This document shows positions 58,484 through 64,000 of a stretch of DNA of 64,000 bases, piece by piece; position 1 is the first letter of the stretch, and each line of letters starts with the position of its first letter. Below the pieces are notes generated by a model. That model did no database searches, was not told where the DNA came from, and worked only from the letters and a program-made list of their open reading frames with translations. The stretch is from the human T2T-CHM13v2.0 reference genome, Homo sapiens. The stretch is taken from NCBI RefSeq assembly GCF_009914755.1, contig NC_060927.1; one strand, 5' to 3'. Made by a program: the position numbers and the translations under genes.

Positions 58484-61399
58484 CTAGGCAATGCACTACC
58501 TAGGAATACAGAGCCAAGGAGGGCGGGATCTTCCCAGGCCTCAAGGTCTCTCATCTGCTGAGCAGACAGGCATGAGGCAGACTCTCACAAGTAATGAGGT
58601 TGGTGGCAAGGACTACAAAAGAGAAAGACCTCTGCCAAATGCAAAGTTGCACTAAGTGCTAAGATAAACCCAAATCTGAACTGCAGAACTGTGGGCTGTG
58701 ATGTTCACCCCCACCCAAGTGGCTATGTTGCCACATCGGCTGCAAACACACGTGAATTTGGGCTGGGTATCAGGAAATGAAGTCATTCTGGGAATGGAAA
58801 TTGAAGTTTCTTTAGGGAACTGTGAAAATCTGCATTGGAAAACAGATACTGCGAGAGAACAGGTTCTGCAGACCAGCAAACAGTCCAGACACTGGATTTC
58901 TTCCCTGCTCGCTGTCTGGCCGCAGCAGGGGACAGACAGGCAGAGCGGGCGTGTGTCAGAAGGTGTTTTCTAGGGGAAAGAAGGAATAAAAGAAGACCCA
59001 GAGGAGATGCAGTGACATTGGGAGGTTCAATAATTTCCCTGCAGTTGAGGGCCCCTGGACCACTGTTTCCCCAGCAGAGACAAGGTGGTGGCTGGCATGG
59101 AGGGAGCTTCCTTAGAAGAACCCAGAACCCGTGTATTCCCCTGAGAAGCGTCATGAAACCTCTCAGATCTCTAATCCCTGCACTGCCCTGGAGCATCAAG
59201 GCCCAGCGCTGCTGTTGAATATTGTGAATGTGGTTTTTCCTGACTCACCATAGAGTCAATAATTTCCAGTTTAAAATTGTTAAATATCCTTCCAGATTAT
59301 GCCATTATCCAAGAAAGTCTTAGCTGGCTAAACTGGAGCAAGCAATTCTTTTAGGAATCTGGAGAGCAAGTTTATTGTGAGAATCTTGCAGCTGTGACAG
59401 ACAAATGTCCACAGAGAGAAGAGACGCCTTTGAGAGGTAGTGAGCCTGATAACTGAGCACCGGGAGGGCTGCAGAGCCCCTGGGGGTGGCACAGTCCAGG
59501 ATCTCCCCACCTGCCATCCTCTGAGGTGGATGCTCCTGCCTCTGAGACAGGCAGCCCTCTGCTTGCTGGCTGCTCCCCAGCATCTGTTTCTGACTCTCTG
59601 CGCAAAACGGACAGGAAAGTTGAGGGTCCCTGCCCAGTGTCTGTCTCCAGGCACAGAGTCTCAGTACCAGCTCTCAAAACTCTGTCTGCTCACCTGGGCA
59701 GCTCCAGGAGGCTGGGGAGGAGTCAGGAGTGCAGCCGCCCCTTGAAACTTCCCAGGATGGCTGGTTTGGGGGTTTATCACATTATTTTTCTCCCTCTGGT
59801 TTTAGCCACTGTAGGCCAGTTTGTTCACAGATTTTTACCAACCTTGGCTCATTTCATTACCTTATCAGAGGTGGGAATTCTGAGGTCCCTAAGCCAGAGG
59901 CTTTCAGGGATGTGGCTCCCTCTGCCGCCCTGGCAGGGAGGGCGCAGGGGTCCCAGGTGGAGCCTCTGACCTAGAGCCTTTGGCTCTAGAGCCTGGAGCC
60001 TTACCGCAAGGCTGCCTGTGGGTTTGGCGTCGTCCTGGAGCCCAGGCTGCTGGTTGTCTGGAGACAGCCTCCCCGTAAGATTTCTCTGAGACAAGAAACA
60101 ATTATGCAAATTATCCTAATTCTGTTTTAAAGAATAGAGAGATTGATTGCAGAGACAAACCATTTAGGCAGGCAATGTAGAAGGTGTTTCCATGGCTAAT
60201 CTGCCTTCAAAGGAGAGGGATTTTGTTTGTAAACTTCAGACCCAGAAAATTGATTGTTCTGTCAACTTTAGATAATTATCTGTCCTCCCTGAGGCCCTAA
60301 GCTTAGCAGAAATGTTCTTTCTCTGAATCAGTACTCAGCTTTGGATCTCTGTTGGGTTCCCTGTAGAGTGCTAAATCAGATTCCCCCAAAGCAGTGGATC
60401 AGGAGCCTTCCTCCAGCCACAGTGCCCATCCTGCCTGCAGAAGAATGGACAGAGGGACGGGAGGGCTGCAGAGCTGGCACTGTGTCCCTGGAGGGGCTGG
60501 TGGGGACTCACTGTTCGGGGGACAGGGGAGGCAGAGTCCACACTCAACTGCTGCGTGGAGATGGGCATGAAGGGCAGGCAGGTCTGGCCTTGGCCTTGCG
60601 GTTTGTTTCCATTAAAGACCTTCAAGACCAGAAGGGACCAATAGGGCCGGACTATGCAGGGAGAGAAGAGGTTCTAGGGAACTGAGTTCCGAAGTCTTCG
60701 TCTTCTCACTGTGCAGTGGGGTTAGCCTATAAAGCAGGCTGCTTGTCCTCGGGAGAGCTCATTGTGGAGAAACATCACTGGACAGAGCCCCTCCTTATCT
60801 GCATCAGACTCCTCTGGTCTCCCCGGTTGCCTTTTTCTCTGCCCCTAAGGGCATCTGTCCCTGGAGAGGCTCTCAGGACAGTATCCTGGACACCCCCTGC
60901 CTGGACACCCCTTGCCTGGCACCCCTCCTCTCCACAATGTCGTCAGAGAGCTCCACCTGCCCTTCTAGCCCCCTGGTCCAGCACTGCTGGTCATGAGGTT
61001 TGGGCCCTGTGACCTGCCCAGATCCAAGCTGTGGGGAAAGTTTGCTGAGACCAGTTTGGGGAACAGAGGGCCTTGTTGTACCATTTGTTCTGGGCACAGG
61101 GGACCTCCTGCATCGTCTATCTCCTCCATGAGATGCTAGTTTCAGGGATTCCTTGGGGACACTGGAGAGCAGGGCTGGCTCAGGCAGGGGCCTGACCATA
61201 GTCCAGACAGTGCAGACCCTACCTGAGGTGCCACACGGGCCCTCATCAGTCTTCTCTTCACACAGTGGAGTCACTCCTGTGCCTCCCCTGTCTGCACTCC
61301 ATTGAGCCGGGAAAGGCCTGCAGTAGCCAATGCCCACATTTGAGTTTCAAATGTGAATATACCCAGGGATTGCAATTTACCAAAAGATGAAGGAAAAGG

Positions 61400-61687
61400 C
61401 CTCTCCCAGTACTTGGTCAACATTATTCTGTGGTATTTTTCAGATGAAATTAGCATTTAAGCCAGTATACTTTTAGTAAAGCAGATTATGCTCCATAATG
61501 TGGGTGGGTCTCATCCAATCAGTTGAAGGCCTTAAAGGAAGAAATACTGACCTCCCAGGGGAAGAGGGAATTCTGCCCCTGGACTCAAGCCACTCTTCCT
61601 TGGATTCTAGCCTCTGTAATCACATGAGACAATTCTGGACATCTCCTTCTCTCTTTTCTGTTTCTCTGGAAAACCCTGACTAATGCA
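61400..61687 (+). mobile_element. MLT2 (ERVL) LTR fragment
   Basis: 'ttggtcaacattattctg...ccataatgtgggtgggtctcatccaatcagttgaaggcc...ttctctggaaaaccctgactaatgca'. Confidence 0.8.
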
Positions 61688-62039
61688 ATTCTTGTTAAGC
61701 TGCTTTTAAGAAGTGTGAAGAAAATGTTAAAAAGATGTAACTAAGAATTTTGAGTGGATGATCTAATTATTTCACACTGGCTGAGATCTCCCTGATGTTG
61801 ACATTGCAATGACACTGTGCACTTCTTGGCGTAAGAAAAAGTGCAGTCTCAGTATCCCTTCCACTAAATAGGAAGGCAAATTGCCATTTCCCGAAAAGTC
61901 CAGAATACTAAGTAGGTTGACGAGTAACTCTTGAAGTTACATAAGACAAATCAGTTGCAACAGAGGATCATAAACCCCTCGTGTACGGAAGGAAAACAAG
62001 TTTGTCAATGTGCAAACTGTAAGTCTAAGTTCCTACTTC

Positions 62040-62632
62040 TGTAAAAAGTAGAGTTTCCTCTTCAAAGACTTTCCTTCCCATCTCATTAGAAATAAATAGT
62101 AACTTCTCTTAGAAGCAAAATTTATTCAAAGACCTGTGCTAACATTCTTAAATATCTGCTAGCCCTAATAAAGAAATCAATGTACTTTATGTTCTTAGCT
62201 CCCACAATTTAGCCTAAATATTTGCCCTGGCATGCTTATACTAGTCCAAGCAAGCTTTAGGTCATTGCCTGTTCCTCTTCTTTATTCGAAGGTGTTTTTA
62301 CTTTTTTCAGCATTCCACAAGTTATTTCCTCCTTCCTTCGTTCTCCTCTGCCTTTTCCTCTTTAAAAAAGTTCTAAATTGCTAGCCAATCGGGACAAATA
62401 CAGAATGTGAGGTCCCGTTCCAGCCACTGGAAACTGGACACAGCAGTAGGGTGGATGCATCAGGTTATAAATGACCCTGTCTCCTTTGCTCAGTATACTG
62501 TTGTGGCAAAACTGCTGGCGAGTGTACACTTTCTGCAGAAATTAAAAAAAAATAAAAATGGCCTTGCTGAGGAAATTAAATTTACATTCAAGTGCTATTT
62601 CTTTACCGCACTGGGAACAAGCATTTCAAACA
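62040..62632 (+). mobile_element. LTR10C-like solo LTR (HERV-I group)
   Basis: 'tgtaaaaagtagagtttcctcttcaaagactttcc...' to 'caaaca'; near-TSD acttc/atttc; CCAAT at 62385 and TATAAA at 62466. Confidence 0.82.
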
Positions 62633-62639
62633 ATTTCAA

Positions 62640-63483
62640 CCCTGCTGGACCGCATCAAGTGAGGGCCGGCATGGAAAAGCGGCCATGCCGAGGTGCCCCG
62701 GAAGCAGCCTCCGGAGTGTGCCTCAGAGTTTCTGGCCATTTCAGCTAAGACTTTTCTTCTGACAGACTAGAAGTGAAAAAAAGAATTATTTATTTTGCTG
62801 GGAAATGTGACAAAAGGTTAAAATTCTACTAGTTCATAAAATATTTGAAGCTAACTTTGTTTTTATAAATAAAATTGTATTTACAATTTAAGTTTTAGTT
62901 CTCATCCTTGCTGTTATAAAAGTTATTCTAAGTTATGTCAGTCTTTGAGGGTAAATGTAGAGTATTTAAAATAGCTTATATTTGGAAAACTGAACAGTGT
63001 TTGTTGTCATGATTTTACTTTGTTCTTGACCACATTGGTCCCAGAGAAAGTCAAGGTCTTCACCCACGGATTCAAGATTCTTGTGGCAGCTGCTGAATTC
63101 TTTTCCAACAATGCTTGGGCCTCATCAGCATCATGTTTGTGCACTACCCCAGCCCCAACCACAGACATGGGCAGGAGGAACAGAGCTCTACCGTGTAGCG
63201 TCACTGCCAGTAAGAGTCTGACTCTCCCATGAAGCATTACTCTTCCTCTGCATGTATCTTAGAATTTCAAAAGCCATTTGGCCTCCATTTCTTTAGATTG
63301 TGGATAAGATCCATAAACTTGTACTGGGGTCACTGTTCCTCCAGCCTCTTTAGCACGTATCTGCAGTCTCATTTCCAGGCTGTTTCCTCTATGGGCCACT
63401 GCCTGCAGAATTCCCAGATGAATCCATTGCCCATTCCCTGTAGCCACATCTCCAAATCCACAGCCGTTCTCAGCAGCTGCCTG
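62640..63483 (-). pseudogene. VBP1: Processed pseudogene of VBP1 (prefoldin subunit 3; parent symbol given); coding part about 63010-63483, remainder 3' UTR-like
   Basis: Intronless minus-strand peptides AAAENGCGFGDVATGNGQWIHLGILQAV, KQPGNETAD, VLKRLEEQ*PQYKFMDL, EILRYMQRK, DADEAQALLEKN, KNLESVGEDLDFLWDQ and KNKV are colinear with VBP1. ATG lost; many frameshifts and deletions. Confidence 0.85.
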
Positions 63484-64000
63484 CACACTCACATCCCAGA
63501 GGTCAAGTTGCCACAGCTGGTGTGTGTTTCCAGCCACTAGGCAACCCCAGGTCTTCATCTGAGCACCCAGGGCCAGAAGTCTCACCCTGTCCCCCATACC
63601 ATCCCTTCCCAGCCAGCCACAGTTTCCTTCCTTCTGTTGCTCACACAGTGCTCTCAGCCCCAGATGCCCTTCCTGACACTTCCTCCCAAGGAAACCCAAG
63701 TCCTCCGTCAGGGTCCATCCAAATGTCCACACCCTCTGGTAGCCTGCCCAGCCCCAGAGGCTCCCCTGAGCTCCCTTCCCCCATTAGAGCCTACAGAGGC
63801 AGTGCTGCCCAGCAGACATCTCGGCTGGGAGTCAAACAGAGCAAGGCTATTTTGGTCCCTCTCTCCACTCTATGTGACCCTGAAATGTGCCCTGGCCTTA
63901 GGAAACCTTCAGCTACATCAGAGAACGTGAGTATGCATGTGGTTTGTATAACACAGGCAAGACATGGTTTTTAGATACGTTCAGAATAGATAGTTACAGA

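Noticed and set aside
48000-61300. Many 60-150 aa ORFs in the GC-rich block
   Set aside because: No recognisable homology or consistent exon structure; expected by chance at this GC level. Missed degenerate exons cannot be excluded without a search.

Overview
Human/great-ape genomic DNA, repeat-rich, with the make-up of a subtelomeric segmental-duplication mosaic. I find no intact protein-coding gene, RNA gene or CRISPR array. It holds four pseudogenes: a 4-exon FRG2-family copy (21.9-23.5 kb, +), a 5'-truncated TUBB8-type beta-tubulin exon 4 (31.4-32.4 kb, +), a FAM166A/CIMIP2A copy tail-to-tail with it (32.6-35.0 kb, -) and a processed VBP1 copy (about 62.6-63.5 kb, -). It also holds a truncated D4Z4-like GC-rich fragment (25.2-25.6 kb), an 88 x 50-bp minisatellite that arose inside an L1 3' end (13201-17600), and many L1, Alu, MaLR, ERV1, ERVL and DNA-transposon remnants. 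The order FRG2 pseudogene, then a TUBB8 pseudogene about 9.5 kb further on, matches my recollection of the 3q29 subtelomere (FRG2FP, TUBB8P8); this is unverified. All family assignments are by eye from remembered consensus or protein sequences. I cannot support a genuinely new biological system. The best leads are the two-state CpG/octamer variant pattern in the minisatellite, retained DUX4 motifs next to a D4Z4 remnant, and an ERV LTR-gag fused to an open tubulin exon.
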